NCBI GenBank assembly: GCA_004553575.1
Contig: SFLA01000003.1
Span: 1-62,595, forward strand
Length of the DNA: 62,595 bases
Source of the DNA: Clostridiales bacterium
Lineage (GTDB): Bacteria > Bacillota > Clostridia > Oscillospirales > CAG-382
Reading direction: 5' to 3'
The position numbers and the translations under genes were made by a program. The notes under the pieces are model-generated. The model was not told the origin of the DNA, did no database searches, and saw nothing but the letters and a program-made list of their open reading frames with translations. Below, one piece after another: positions 27,137 through 36,724 of this stretch. Every line of letters begins with the position of its first letter. The stretch's first letter is position 1.

Positions 27137-27715
27137 TCACCAGCCGCGGTAATCCACAATGGCGTCATATGCTTCATTCATGGTTGCTCCCGCGTATTCG
27201 AATTCGCGCCAGGAATCGTCGGTCATAACGCGGATAATGCTTTCGTCAAGATCCGATATATCAATACACAGGGTAACCGTCTGCTCGTCGTAATGATCTC
27301 CGTCTTCGGTTTCATACTCCGGATAGGTAATCTCCATGGTAATCGTGCTTCCGGAAGCGGTGTATCCGCCGGTGTATACGGGAGCTTCTCTTCCGGCTCC
27401 GGCGTTCCATATACCGTAGTTGTAAACAAACTCGCCTTCCTCCGATTCGATAAAACACACGAAATCACCGCCGGCGTAATCGTTCCAGTATCCGTTCAGC
27501 GCTCTCCAAAGCGAATCTGCGCCGTCAATGCCGGGATATCCGGATACTTCCGTATCTTCCGATACTTCGGATTCCTGCGGCTCCGCGGATACAACTTCGG
27601 ATACGGAGTCAGATCCGCTCACATTATTTATTGCAGGATCGCACGCTGCAAGCAGCAGGGCGGTTAGCATAAGCAATGAAACAAAAGCCTTTTTCACGTT
27701 AAAACTCCTTAACAA
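27137..27715 (-). CDS. lipoprotein of unknown function (192 aa)
   Basis: Signal peptide with lipobox (LLLAAC); first gene of the four-gene minus-strand unit. Confidence 0.55.
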   Translation of the reverse strand: MLRSFNVKKAFVSLLMLTALLLAACDPAINNVSGSDSVSEVVSAEPQESEVSEDTEVSGYPGIDGADSLWRALNGYWNDYAGGDFVCFIESEEGEFVYNYGIWNAGAGREAPVYTGGYTASGSTITMEITYPEYETEDGDHYDEQTVTLCIDISDLDESIIRVMTDDSWREFEYAGATMNEAYDAIVDYRGW

Positions 27716-27892
27716 CGGTTATTTCATAAGTCCTACAAGTTTATAATATCACATAAAACAGGATTTGTCCACTACCCGGAATATTTATGTTTCAGCCGGA
27801 AATAAAATATTTTCGGAATTTAACAAAGGTTTAAGCCTTGGGGATTAAAATGCGTTCGTAAAAGAAAAATTCATACAGAAAGGACAACAGAC

Positions 27893-29245
27893 ATGGAAGA
27901 ATATGTAAACGGAATGCAATCCGCGGATAATGAAAGCTCCTTCGGATCCGCTGCGGGCGGGCAGGATTTCACGGCAGAGGAGCGTCGTACGGAACGCCGG
28001 AGCTCCGGCACGCAGTATGACTGTGACGAAAACGATTGCCGCCCCGGCAGAAAAAAGAAGCATACGGGCAGGCGGGTCGCCGCGGCGTTAATGGCGGTTT
28101 TACTGGTCGCGGCTCTCGGCTTCGGCGGCGGATATGCCGGTGCGCTTATCGCATCACGGATAACGGATACGGATTCGGGCTCACGCCCCGGCGGAGCTCA
28201 GGTTGTTATCCAGCAGTCTCAGGGAGGGCATACGGTATCGTCGGTTTCGGGTTCGTCCGCAATGACTTCCGAGGAGGTCGCGGCAGCCACGGTTCCGAGC
28301 GTAGTCGCAATAACCACCGAAAACGTCACAACCAGCAATTCATGGTACGGATCCCGGGTCAGCAGCGGCGCCGGCTCCGGAGTGATACTGAGCTCCGACG
28401 GGTATATTCTTACAAACTACCATGTAGTAACGGGGGCGGATAAGATCACGGTCGAGACCTGCGACGGCACGGAATACCCTGCAGAGCTTGTGGGCACCTA
28501 CCGTGACGGAGACCTCGCGGTAATAAAAATCGACGCCTCCGGACTTTCACCGGTCACCTTTGCCGATACCGATTCCGTTGTTCAGGGCGAAACCGTATAT
28601 GCGGTGGGCAACCCCGAGGGCACCTTCAGCGGATCCATAACCATGGGTATACTGAGCGCGCTTGACCGCACAATATCCGTCACTTTGGAAGAGAGAAACG
28701 GCAGATTCATCACAGGCTACACAGTAAACCTTGACGTGTTCCAGTTTGACGCAGCGGTAAGCCCCGGCAATTCCGGCGGCGGACTGTTCAACGCGTACGG
28801 CGAGCTTATCGGTATAGTATGCGCCAAGAGCAGCGACACCGATTCCGAGGGACTCGCGTTTGCTATTATCGGCAACAACGCTCTTGGGATTGCTTCCGAT
28901 ATTATCGAAAACGGTGCCGGATCCGGCGCGAATACGGACAACGGCGAAAATACCAATCCGGCGGTTATAGGGATAACGGCGGTATATCTCGATTCCGCTA
29001 CCGCCTCCTTCTGCGGCTTTGCCTCGGAGGGTGTGTACGTGCTGTCCGTCACCTCGGATTCCGCCGTCAAAGCGGGGATAACTTCCGGCGACCGCATAGT
29101 AAGCATCGACGGCAACGAGGTTCGCGCAGTCAGCGATATCACCGATTATCTCGCCGGTAAGAACCCGGGCGACGAAGTGTCGCTGACTGTAGAGCGGTCT
29201 GACAAAACATTCACCGTCACCGTCACTCTTTCCGAAAACAAGTAA
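27893..29245 (+). CDS. HtrA/DegP-family trypsin-like serine protease with PDZ domain (450 aa)
   Basis: TM anchor. Catalytic blocks TNYHVV, DLAVIKI and GNSGGGLF. A C-terminal PDZ-like segment is present. Confidence 0.88.
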   Translation: MEEYVNGMQSADNESSFGSAAGGQDFTAEERRTERRSSGTQYDCDENDCRPGRKKKHTGRRVAAALMAVLLVAALGFGGGYAGALIASRITDTDSGSRPGGAQVVIQQSQGGHTVSSVSGSSAMTSEEVAAATVPSVVAITTENVTTSNSWYGSRVSSGAGSGVILSSDGYILTNYHVVTGADKITVETCDGTEYPAELVGTYRDGDLAVIKIDASGLSPVTFADTDSVVQGETVYAVGNPEGTFSGSITMGILSALDRTISVTLEERNGRFITGYTVNLDVFQFDAAVSPGNSGGGLFNAYGELIGIVCAKSSDTDSEGLAFAIIGNNALGIASDIIENGAGSGANTDNGENTNPAVIGITAVYLDSATASFCGFASEGVYVLSVTSDSAVKAGITSGDRIVSIDGNEVRAVSDITDYLAGKNPGDEVSLTVERSDKTFTVTVTLSENK

Positions 29246-29356
29246 AATTCCCGGCGGAATATTCCGCTTCGGACAAAAACAAATCGGCAGTGCTCTCACC
29301 TCAACGTATACAAGGAGGGATGGGTACTGCCGTTATTGTTATGATTTTTACAATTG

Positions 29357-30664
29357 TTACAGCTCGTTAAGACTGCGGTTTAACAAGGCATATATCGTAA
29401 CCGCCGCCATTCCCGCGCTCGAGAACACGAACAGCCATCCGAGCCCCGCTCCGCTTATAATTGCGCCGCCGGCAAAGCTCGCAATCGGTACCAGCGCCTG
29501 CGAAAGCGTGGAGAGCACTGCGCCCGCTTTGCCGATCATATCCTTGTCCACGGTCCGTATCATGGCGGTGTTTATGCGTATGTTTATGTTGGATAGCGTG
29601 ATTCCCGCGGCGGCGCCGATACCGAGCAGCGAGATAAGGAAATATGTGTCCGATTCCAACATCACCCGCAGCACGAACCATGCCGACGTCAGCAGCACGA
29701 ACAGCGCCGCAAGCACCGCAAGCCATGCTTTGGCGGTTTTCCCGCATTTGTCCGTCTGCTTCTGCATTCCGATAACGGCAGATGCGATCAGGGTTCCCGC
29801 CGACATTACCGTCTGCAATACCGCCAGCCAGGTTTCTCCGCTCATGAATTCGGAAAACAGATAGTCGCCGGTCAGGCCGCTGCAGTAATAGGTGAAGCCG
29901 TTTGAATACATCGGGGACAGAAAGAAATTCACACCGAGAGCAATCACGGTTATTGCAAATACCGGTTTCAGGCCGTGTACGTATCTGAATCCCTGTATCA
30001 TATCGCCGACAGCCGTTTTTAACGTAAGCCTTGTTCCGTCGCCCTGTGCCGTCCGGCATTTAATAAAGGTTTCCGATACCGCAGAAAGAATATACGATAC
30101 CCCGTCGGCAACGGTTATCCAGAAGAATCCGAGCGTCGTATACAGCACCGATGCGAGCAGTACGCCGATAATGCTTATAACACTGCTCGACGAAGAAAAC
30201 AGCGACGAGGCCTTCTGGACCTCCGAATCGTCCACCACAAACTTTATTATTGCGGACGACGCCGGCGAAAACATCGCTCCGTTCAGGTTTAATATCACCG
30301 TTACGGTGAACAGCACCGTTATAAGCGCGTAATAACTGTCCTTAAGCAGAAGCACCGCCGCACCGCAGGCGAGTATGGTTCCGCCGCGTATGAAGTCTGT
30401 CACATATAGTATCTTCGCTTTGTCGAATCGGTCGGCAATAACTCCTCCGAGCGGAGAAAACACCAGGTAAACCGCACCGCCAACAGCCAGGAATACTCCC
30501 TGAAGCATCGCGTTGCCGCCCGATATTTTAAGTATATAAAAGCTTATCGCAAAACTGTAGAATACGTTTCCGACTCCGGAAACGAAGTTGCCCCAGAACA
30601 GCAGAGCAAAGTCCTTCTGCCGCAGGAGGCCCTTCTTTTTTACTTCACCGGTCATATTTGGCAC
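29357..30664 (-). CDS. MFS transporter (435 aa)
   Basis: About 12 predicted TM helices and the MFS loop motif GVIADRFDK. Confidence 0.85.
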   Translation of the reverse strand: MPNMTGEVKKKGLLRQKDFALLFWGNFVSGVGNVFYSFAISFYILKISGGNAMLQGVFLAVGGAVYLVFSPLGGVIADRFDKAKILYVTDFIRGGTILACGAAVLLLKDSYYALITVLFTVTVILNLNGAMFSPASSAIIKFVVDDSEVQKASSLFSSSSSVISIIGVLLASVLYTTLGFFWITVADGVSYILSAVSETFIKCRTAQGDGTRLTLKTAVGDMIQGFRYVHGLKPVFAITVIALGVNFFLSPMYSNGFTYYCSGLTGDYLFSEFMSGETWLAVLQTVMSAGTLIASAVIGMQKQTDKCGKTAKAWLAVLAALFVLLTSAWFVLRVMLESDTYFLISLLGIGAAAGITLSNINIRINTAMIRTVDKDMIGKAGAVLSTLSQALVPIASFAGGAIISGAGLGWLFVFSSAGMAAVTIYALLNRSLNEL

Positions 30665-30731
30665 CGTTTGTGCGTTTGCCTTATAGGATTATGCGGAACG
30701 GCGATTCCGTCTTATACAAAGGCTTTGGCAT

Positions 30732-31445
30732 TCATACCTTTCTCTGTTCTTTTATCTCCGCGCCGTCCTTCACGGTTATGGTACCGGTGTATTCAACGGT
30801 GCCTATACGGCAGCCGCTGCCTATCACCGCATTCGTGCAGGCTATCCTGTCCGCGGTCACACCGACAATGTCAACCGTGTCCGCTTCAATACTCCCGACC
30901 TTAAGACTCCCGTGCAAGCGGGACCGGAATCCCTTCGACAGCAAAAAGCCGTGGGCATATTTAACGGTCAGCTTCTCGCAGCCTATCTCCGGTACCGAGG
31001 ATTCCGCTCCGCCCGGAAGTTCGATATCAACCGTCCCCGCGTTCAGCAGTCCGCCCATAGTGAACAAGTGAGCATTAACTGTCTCCGCCTCGCAGTCTCC
31101 TGTTATCCTTGCTGTCCCGGAAAACACCAGCTTTTCGCATTTTACCTTTCCCGCGCAGGTTATCGCTCCGTAAAATCCGATATCGCCTCCGGTGATGTCT
31201 CCGCCCACCGAAGCAGAGCCCGACGCCTTCAGCATTTCTGCATGTACCGCTCCGTTGACCTTTAATGATCCCGAAAAGGAAGCCCTGCCGCCTTTAATGT
31301 CGCCGGCGGCGTTGCAGCTTCCCGAGCATATAAGCTCGTCAAATGTAATGTTTCCGAGGATTTTACACGATCCGGAAATCGCAATCGAACCGTATTCGCC
31401 TTCGCAGATTTCGGCGCTGCCGGCAGTTCTTATGTTGTTAGTCAT
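30732..31445 (-). CDS. bactofilin-like polymer-forming beta-helix protein (YhbE/YhbF-like, 237 aa)
   Basis: Gly/Cys-rich repeats of the type G.I.G...F.G.v.v.G throughout. Lies 14 nt downstream of a YhbD-like gene, as in B. subtilis yhbDEF. Confidence 0.6.
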   Translation of the reverse strand: MTNNIRTAGSAEICEGEYGSIAISGSCKILGNITFDELICSGSCNAAGDIKGGRASFSGSLKVNGAVHAEMLKASGSASVGGDITGGDIGFYGAITCAGKVKCEKLVFSGTARITGDCEAETVNAHLFTMGGLLNAGTVDIELPGGAESSVPEIGCEKLTVKYAHGFLLSKGFRSRLHGSLKVGSIEADTVDIVGVTADRIACTNAVIGSGCRIGTVEYTGTITVKDGAEIKEQRKV

Positions 31446-31459
31446 TTTCAGTCTCCTTA

Positions 31460-32056
31460 TCAGTCGTTAAGCTTGTTTTCGAGTGCCGATATAAGCTCCG
31501 GCAGGTGTATGCTCACGCATTCGGTGTTATCCGGAAGGGTAATGTATCCGGCTGCGTCCGCGGGTATACATACCGCCTGTCTTTCGCCGTTGCTGCCTAT
31601 AATCAACAGCTCCTGAGCCGCTTGGGAATTCCTGACTGCTTTTGCAGCGCACTCGGCGGCGACTGCGCTTCCGCAGCGCGAAAACACGGTAAGAGCCAGC
31701 AGCGAATGATAATCGAGCGGCGGGCTTTTTCCGGTTTCGCGGCAGTATGTCAGCAGTACTCCCGGATCGCATATTCCTCTGTCAATTATCTGCTCACCGG
31801 TCAGTCTTTTGCCGATCGCCGACGGTACGAAGCTCGCCGCTATATCGTCCAGCGACATACTGTCCTTCAGTTGCATTATCGCGTTCACCCGCTCTGTAAT
31901 CTTATCGCGGGGAAGGAAGGTCTCCTGACCGGTAAAAGTCGAACGGTGAATGAACCAGTTGTCCGGAATAAGACCTTTTCGCTTCCAGCGGTAGAGCGCC
32001 CCGTATGATATTCCGTATTTTTCCAGAAGCTCCTTCTTTGTAATCAGATCCTCCAT
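31460..32056 (-). CDS. YhbD / DUF4004 family MerR-like HTH protein (198 aa)
   Basis: N-terminal LITKKELLEKYGISYGALYRWKRKGLIPDNWFIHRSTFTGQETFLPRDKI matches my memory of the YhbD family signature. Confidence 0.7.
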   Translation of the reverse strand: MEDLITKKELLEKYGISYGALYRWKRKGLIPDNWFIHRSTFTGQETFLPRDKITERVNAIMQLKDSMSLDDIAASFVPSAIGKRLTGEQIIDRGICDPGVLLTYCRETGKSPPLDYHSLLALTVFSRCGSAVAAECAAKAVRNSQAAQELLIIGSNGERQAVCIPADAAGYITLPDNTECVSIHLPELISALENKLND

Positions 32057-32068
32057 GCTTCGCCTCGC

Positions 32069-32113
32069 GTAACATTGTTACTTCGCGGACATATTGTAAC
32101 ATAACACTGTTAC
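32069..32113 (-). promoter_or_regulatory. two GTAACA/TGTTAC palindromes overlapping the promoter and 5'UTR of the yhbD-like gene
   Basis: GTAACAtTGTTAC at 32069-32081 and GTAACAtaacacTGTTAC at 32096-32113. The minus strand reads TTGACT, 18 nt spacer, TACAAT, and the second palindrome covers the spacer and -10. Confidence 0.45.
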
Positions 32114-32133
32114 GGCAGTCAATGCCTTTTTCA

Positions 32134-32163
32134 AAAAAAGAACGCTGTTTTCACAGCGCTCCT
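32134..32163 (-). terminator. rho-independent terminator after the 34706-32179 unit
   Basis: The minus strand reads gagcgctgtgaaaacagcgttc followed by ttttttt. Confidence 0.6.
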
Positions 32164-32178
32164 TATCGTATATCCTGA

Positions 32179-32985
32179 TTATACAAGCTTTTCGGGAACA
32201 AGCCCTTTTGACGTCGGACGCAATACCCATCCGAAGCCGCAGTCACGAAGAATACCGTAGCCGTCGGCTATATTCCTGCCGATATCCGCGGCGGTATGCG
32301 CGTCGCTTCCGCAGGTGACATATTCGCCGCCGGATTCGCGGTACAGCCTTAGTATGTCGGCGGTCGGCATTATGTCTCCGCCCTTGCGGAGACCGGATAC
32401 ATTCAGCTCAAGAGCCACACCGTTTGACTTCATAACTTCGAACAGCACCCTGAATCTGTCGTAAAACGGCGTGAAGTCTATTTTAATTCCGTACCCGGCG
32501 GCGTAGCGGCAAGGATAGGTGATATGTGCGATCGCATTTATTCCCGGGAATGCGGCGACTTTGCACATGTCTTCGATCGCCCGTGCGTACAGATCGTTTA
32601 TCTCCGGCATCGGGATCTTCCCGTAATCGAGCATAAAGAAGTCGGGGACTCCTTCCAGATTGTGTACCGACCCGAGTACGAAATCGTATTTGCCTTCGCT
32701 GAGTATCCGTTTTGCCTCGTCGGGACACAGGTGAGGCTGACCGAGCTCGATACCCGAGCACAGCTCCACGGGCGAACCGGCTTTTTTTGCTTCTTCTATC
32801 GCCTTCGCCCGCGCGGCGCGGTCAAGCGGCGGATAAAAGCCCTTCAGCTCGCAGTCAATGTCGCAGTGGTCCGTCACGGCTATCGAAGCGAGTCCCGCCT
32901 TTTCGGCGGCACTAAGCAGCTCCGGTATTCCGTCGTGCCCGTCGAAAGAAAACACCGAATGTGTGTGTGAATCCGAAAACAGCAT
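32179..32985 (-). CDS. PHP-domain histidinol-phosphatase (HisJ) family protein (268 aa)
   Basis: N-terminal DSHTHSVFSFDGH, with later TDH and GSDAH metal-binding motifs. Confidence 0.8.
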   Translation of the reverse strand: MLFSDSHTHSVFSFDGHDGIPELLSAAEKAGLASIAVTDHCDIDCELKGFYPPLDRAARAKAIEEAKKAGSPVELCSGIELGQPHLCPDEAKRILSEGKYDFVLGSVHNLEGVPDFFMLDYGKIPMPEINDLYARAIEDMCKVAAFPGINAIAHITYPCRYAAGYGIKIDFTPFYDRFRVLFEVMKSNGVALELNVSGLRKGGDIMPTADILRLYRESGGEYVTCGSDAHTAADIGRNIADGYGILRDCGFGWVLRPTSKGLVPEKLV

Positions 32986-32990
32986 TTCCG

Positions 32991-34706
32991 TCAGTTCCTT
33001 TCAAAGGATGTTGCCTTGATAATGCTCTGCTCCGAGGGTATATAGGTCACGGTCACGCTGTCGCCGACCGAGGTTATCACCGCCTCCGGGAAGTCGGAAG
33101 CGTATACCGTGAAGTAGGGCTCGTATCCGTTAAGCAGGAAGTAATAAACCGTCTCTCCTCCGCTTACGGCAGATCTTATATCCGTAACATCGGATGTCAC
33201 CGTTACCGCTTCGGGGCGTTCGCCGATATCGTCTTTAATAATACCGCCCGATATCATCAGCTCGTGATATTTTTCGCGGCAGGCTTCTATCGAGCTTCCG
33301 GTCGCCACTATCTGGTATTGCTGTACGTTTACCAGCGCATACATCTTTACCAGTCCCGCCGCGTCTTTAAGCGCCATGAAGTAGGTCGGCTGATCGGATA
33401 CGTTCAGCAGCAGCGGGAAGGTAGCGTCGTAGCTGTACTGCTGTACCGCACCCTCGGCAGAATCCATTGCCGAAAACTCCTCCGCTCCCGCACAGGAGTA
33501 GTATTTCGCCTCTTTTGTGCGCTGATTCACCAGTATAAAACCGATATTTCCTCTGTCATCGCTTACGGAGGTAATTCCTGTGTAAAGCCATACGTCGTCG
33601 TCAAGAGCAATATAGTTGTAGCCGGCGGTTGTCTCGGTACAGTCCGTCTGTACGAACAGCGAATTCCAGAATCCGTTGTGGTAAACTCCGTAGTAGTCGT
33701 ACTGGCTTATAACGAGATCGGACGGGAACACTCTGTCGACCCAGGTCGGCACGGATTCCATATCGTAATATTGACATTCGCCGGTCACCGCGTTTACCAG
33801 AACCGCGCCGGTACAGTCGGTTCCGCCGAATAATCCTATAGTTTTTGTAACAACGGTGGCGATCCAGAACGGAGTTCCGTTCTCGTCCACCTCGAAATTT
33901 ACATCGTCGAATATCAGGGTGGGGTATTTGAACCGCAGATGCCTGTACAGGTCGCGTCCGAAGTATTCGGACGGGGAATACTTAATCCCTTCCTCCATTC
34001 GTACGACCGTGACCTCCTGGGTCACCATATCTACCGTCATATACGCCGGTATTCCCTCGCTGCGGTTGGACAGCCATTTGAAGAAGTTGTCGTAGTTGAG
34101 ATACGAAACCCTTACCGGTGCGCCCTGCAGATTAATCTGCGCAGAGCTGTCGCTTACCGTGAATTGCGAAACCAGGTCGGACAGCTCTCCGAGCTTACGG
34201 TTTGCAAGATTATTAGCGGAGTCTTCGTCGAGCATCGGCACCTGCTCCCAGTTTATCTCGGCAATATCCTCGGCAAAATCGCCGTTCTGTATCGGAAGCA
34301 GCTCGGAATAAGCCTTGGCGCGGAATATAACGGCGCCTGCAAGCGAACCGATAACGAACACCGCGCCGATAGCGCAGGCAATATAAAAGGGTACGGCCAT
34401 ATTCCTGCGGGCGTTGTTTATATATCCCGTTCCCTTATCGGGCGAAAATCCCGAAAGCAAGGTCATTGCAACGCAGAAAACCGCGCACAGCAGAAACAGA
34501 AACCAGTACAGCTCCGTCGCATGAATGTTAATGGCCGGAAGCTCAATATAAAAGTATATTAATCCGAACACGAGTGTTATTGCCAGACTTATGAGTATCC
34601 GCGTTTTCGGGGTGCCGTGCGGCTTGCGTACTTTCTTTGCACGGGGGGCGAACGTACTGCCGTCCTGATCCTTGTTTATCGCCGCAAAAAATGTCCTGAA
34701 ATCCAT
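32991..34706 (-). CDS. membrane protein with large extracytoplasmic domain, unknown function (571 aa)
   Basis: Three to four N-terminal TM helices followed by about 420 aa of soluble domain. I recognised no motif. Its stop lies 5 nt before the start of the PHP gene. Confidence 0.6.
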   Translation of the reverse strand: MDFRTFFAAINKDQDGSTFAPRAKKVRKPHGTPKTRILISLAITLVFGLIYFYIELPAINIHATELYWFLFLLCAVFCVAMTLLSGFSPDKGTGYINNARRNMAVPFYIACAIGAVFVIGSLAGAVIFRAKAYSELLPIQNGDFAEDIAEINWEQVPMLDEDSANNLANRKLGELSDLVSQFTVSDSSAQINLQGAPVRVSYLNYDNFFKWLSNRSEGIPAYMTVDMVTQEVTVVRMEEGIKYSPSEYFGRDLYRHLRFKYPTLIFDDVNFEVDENGTPFWIATVVTKTIGLFGGTDCTGAVLVNAVTGECQYYDMESVPTWVDRVFPSDLVISQYDYYGVYHNGFWNSLFVQTDCTETTAGYNYIALDDDVWLYTGITSVSDDRGNIGFILVNQRTKEAKYYSCAGAEEFSAMDSAEGAVQQYSYDATFPLLLNVSDQPTYFMALKDAAGLVKMYALVNVQQYQIVATGSSIEACREKYHELMISGGIIKDDIGERPEAVTVTSDVTDIRSAVSGGETVYYFLLNGYEPYFTVYASDFPEAVITSVGDSVTVTYIPSEQSIIKATSFERN

Positions 34707-34781
34707 CTGTACGAATTCTCCTTCCGGTTTGTTCCGGGTTTCATTGTAGCATATTACAAATCAGGTTTCAACCTGTTTCGT

Positions 34782-34810
34782 TTGACTTTTTGCCCGCGTC
34801 GGGGTATAAT
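34782..34810 (+). promoter_or_regulatory. sigma-A type promoter
   Basis: TTGACT, 17 nt spacer, TATAAT. Confidence 0.5.
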
Positions 34811-34836
34811 CTTTTCGTGTGAAAGCGAGGTATGGT

Positions 34837-35919
34837 ATGATAAAAACAAAAAAAGTCCTTTTGGCAGCCCTTAAGGTGCTGCTTGCGGCAGCGGCGGCGG
34901 CAGTCGCAGCATTTATCGTGTATTTTATATATCTTCTGTGCGCCTATCACCGGCTTGACGATAATATTGTCCTCGATATATCCGGCTTTGCGGATATTGG
35001 CACGGCGGAGACGGGTACCGAATACACCGTAATGACCTGGAATCTCGGCTTCGGCGCGTACAGCTCGGATTTTTCCTTCTTTATGGACGGCGGAGTTTAT
35101 TCACGCGCCCGTTCCGCGGACGAGGTGAATTCCAATATATCACACTGCGCGTCACTCGCGGCGGAGCTCGCTCCGGATTTTCTTCTGCTGCAGGAAATCG
35201 ATACGGATTCCGACCGCAGCATGCATATCGACGAAACGGAGATACTTGCCCCGTATTTTGACGGGTATAATTCGGTGTTCGCGCAGAATTACGATTCCCC
35301 GTACCTTTTTTATCCGTTTTCCTGTCCGCACGGCGCCAGCCGGTCGGGTATTTTAACCTATTCGAGGTTTTCCGCCACTTCGTCTCTCCGCCGCTCTCTC
35401 CCGGTCGAGACGGGGCTTTCAAGATTTCTCGATCTCGACCGCTGCTATTCGGTCACCCGCATTCCCGTTTCCGACGGAAACGAGCTCTGTCTGTACAATA
35501 TCCACCTTTCGGCATATACCACCGACGGAACGATTGCCGATGAACAGCTCGAAATGCTGGTTTCCGATATGGTCGCCGAGTACAACAGCGGCAATTACAT
35601 CGTCTGCGGAGGCGATTTCAACAAGGATCTCCCCGGAAATTCGGCAGAGATATTCGGCGTTCCGGGCGGTGAGTTCACCTGGGCTCAGCCCATACCGGAC
35701 GGGATTATACCGGAAGCACTGTCCCTCGTCGCATGCGCCAACGCCCCGTCCTGCCGCAACGCGGATTCACCGTATGTTGCCGGCAGCAGCTTCGTGCTCA
35801 CCGTGGACGGCTTTATCGTGTCGGATAACGTCACCGTCGTATCCGCGGCTGTCATCGACGATTCTTTTGCCTGCTCGGATCATAACCCCGTAGCAATGAC
35901 CTTCATACTCGGAGACTGA
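34837..35919 (+). CDS. membrane-anchored endonuclease/exonuclease/phosphatase (EEP) family protein (360 aa)
   Basis: N-terminal TM helix. EEP blocks are VMTWNLGFG, LLLQEID, GGDFN and SDHNPV. I chose the ATG at 34837, which is preceded by GCGAGG. Confidence 0.75.
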   Translation: MIKTKKVLLAALKVLLAAAAAAVAAFIVYFIYLLCAYHRLDDNIVLDISGFADIGTAETGTEYTVMTWNLGFGAYSSDFSFFMDGGVYSRARSADEVNSNISHCASLAAELAPDFLLLQEIDTDSDRSMHIDETEILAPYFDGYNSVFAQNYDSPYLFYPFSCPHGASRSGILTYSRFSATSSLRRSLPVETGLSRFLDLDRCYSVTRIPVSDGNELCLYNIHLSAYTTDGTIADEQLEMLVSDMVAEYNSGNYIVCGGDFNKDLPGNSAEIFGVPGGEFTWAQPIPDGIIPEALSLVACANAPSCRNADSPYVAGSSFVLTVDGFIVSDNVTVVSAAVIDDSFACSDHNPVAMTFILGD

Positions 35920-35941
35920 CCGGGAAGTACTGTGTAAAATC

Positions 35942-35975
35942 GGCGGGAGACCGTATTCGGTCTCCCGCCGTTCTT
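35942..35975. terminator. bidirectional hairpin terminator
   Basis: cggcgggagacc / ggtctcccgccg stem. Confidence 0.6.
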
Positions 35976-35990
35976 TATATGGGTTATACG

Positions 35991-36575
35991 CTATTCCACC
36001 ACGAATATAAGCGATGCCTCACAGCCGCGCTGTTCGTCGTTGACCATGCAGCTCGCCCTTAGGGTGACTCTGTATATGCCCGCCTCAAAGCCTTCCAGCC
36101 CGTGATCCCGGGCTTTCAGGCTTAATCGCATGGCGGAAGCGCCGTAACCGTCATGGTTGCCTACAAAACTGTCTTCGTAGACCACGTAATCCTCGCCGAA
36201 CGGGACGATCTCCCATTCGCCGGAACGGGTTTTCCTTTCCAGCAGGTACAGGTTGGAAAAGCTCACGAAATTTTTACCGTGTATCTCCATCAAATAGGTC
36301 TTAACGGAATCGTCACCGCTTTTCGGCTGCTCCAGAAGAACGATACAGAACATAGGCTCCGTTCCGAGCGCCGCGTCCGAAAACTTGCCTGCTACCGTCT
36401 CGTCAGGCTCCCAATAGGGCGGATAACCGTAGCCCATCCATTTGCCCGAATCATCGCCGCCGGCTTCGCCGTTAACCCCGTTCGCTTCGCTGCCGCCTCC
36501 GCTTACGCTGCCGCCTCCCGTGCAGGATGACAGAAGCAGCACCGCGGCAAGAATAACAAGAATTGCTTTTTTCAT
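35991..36575 (-). CDS. lipoprotein of unknown function (194 aa)
   Basis: Lipobox LLLSSC and RBS AGGAGG. Confidence 0.55.
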   Translation of the reverse strand: MKKAILVILAAVLLLSSCTGGGSVSGGGSEANGVNGEAGGDDSGKWMGYGYPPYWEPDETVAGKFSDAALGTEPMFCIVLLEQPKSGDDSVKTYLMEIHGKNFVSFSNLYLLERKTRSGEWEIVPFGEDYVVYEDSFVGNHDGYGASAMRLSLKARDHGLEGFEAGIYRVTLRASCMVNDEQRGCEASLIFVVE

Positions 36576-36724
36576 TTTATGTTACCTCCTGTGAAGGCCG
36601 GAAACAGAATTACAACGGTGATCTTTTTCATAACAGACGTCCTTTCAATTATTCGGTCGAGTCCGTGCGGGATCCGGCTTTTAACCGTGCGCCTGCTTTT
36701 TTATTCTCTGTTATACGGCGGGTA

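Noticed and set aside
29320-29370. 16-codon hydrophobic mini-ORF (MGTAVIVMIFTIVTAR) after AAGGAGGG, convergent with the MFS gene end; considered as a type I toxin-like peptide
   Set aside because: The Shine-Dalgarno to ATG spacing is only about 1 nt. The peptide is shorter than known type I toxins. There is no obvious promoter or antisense RNA structure, so it is probably chance.
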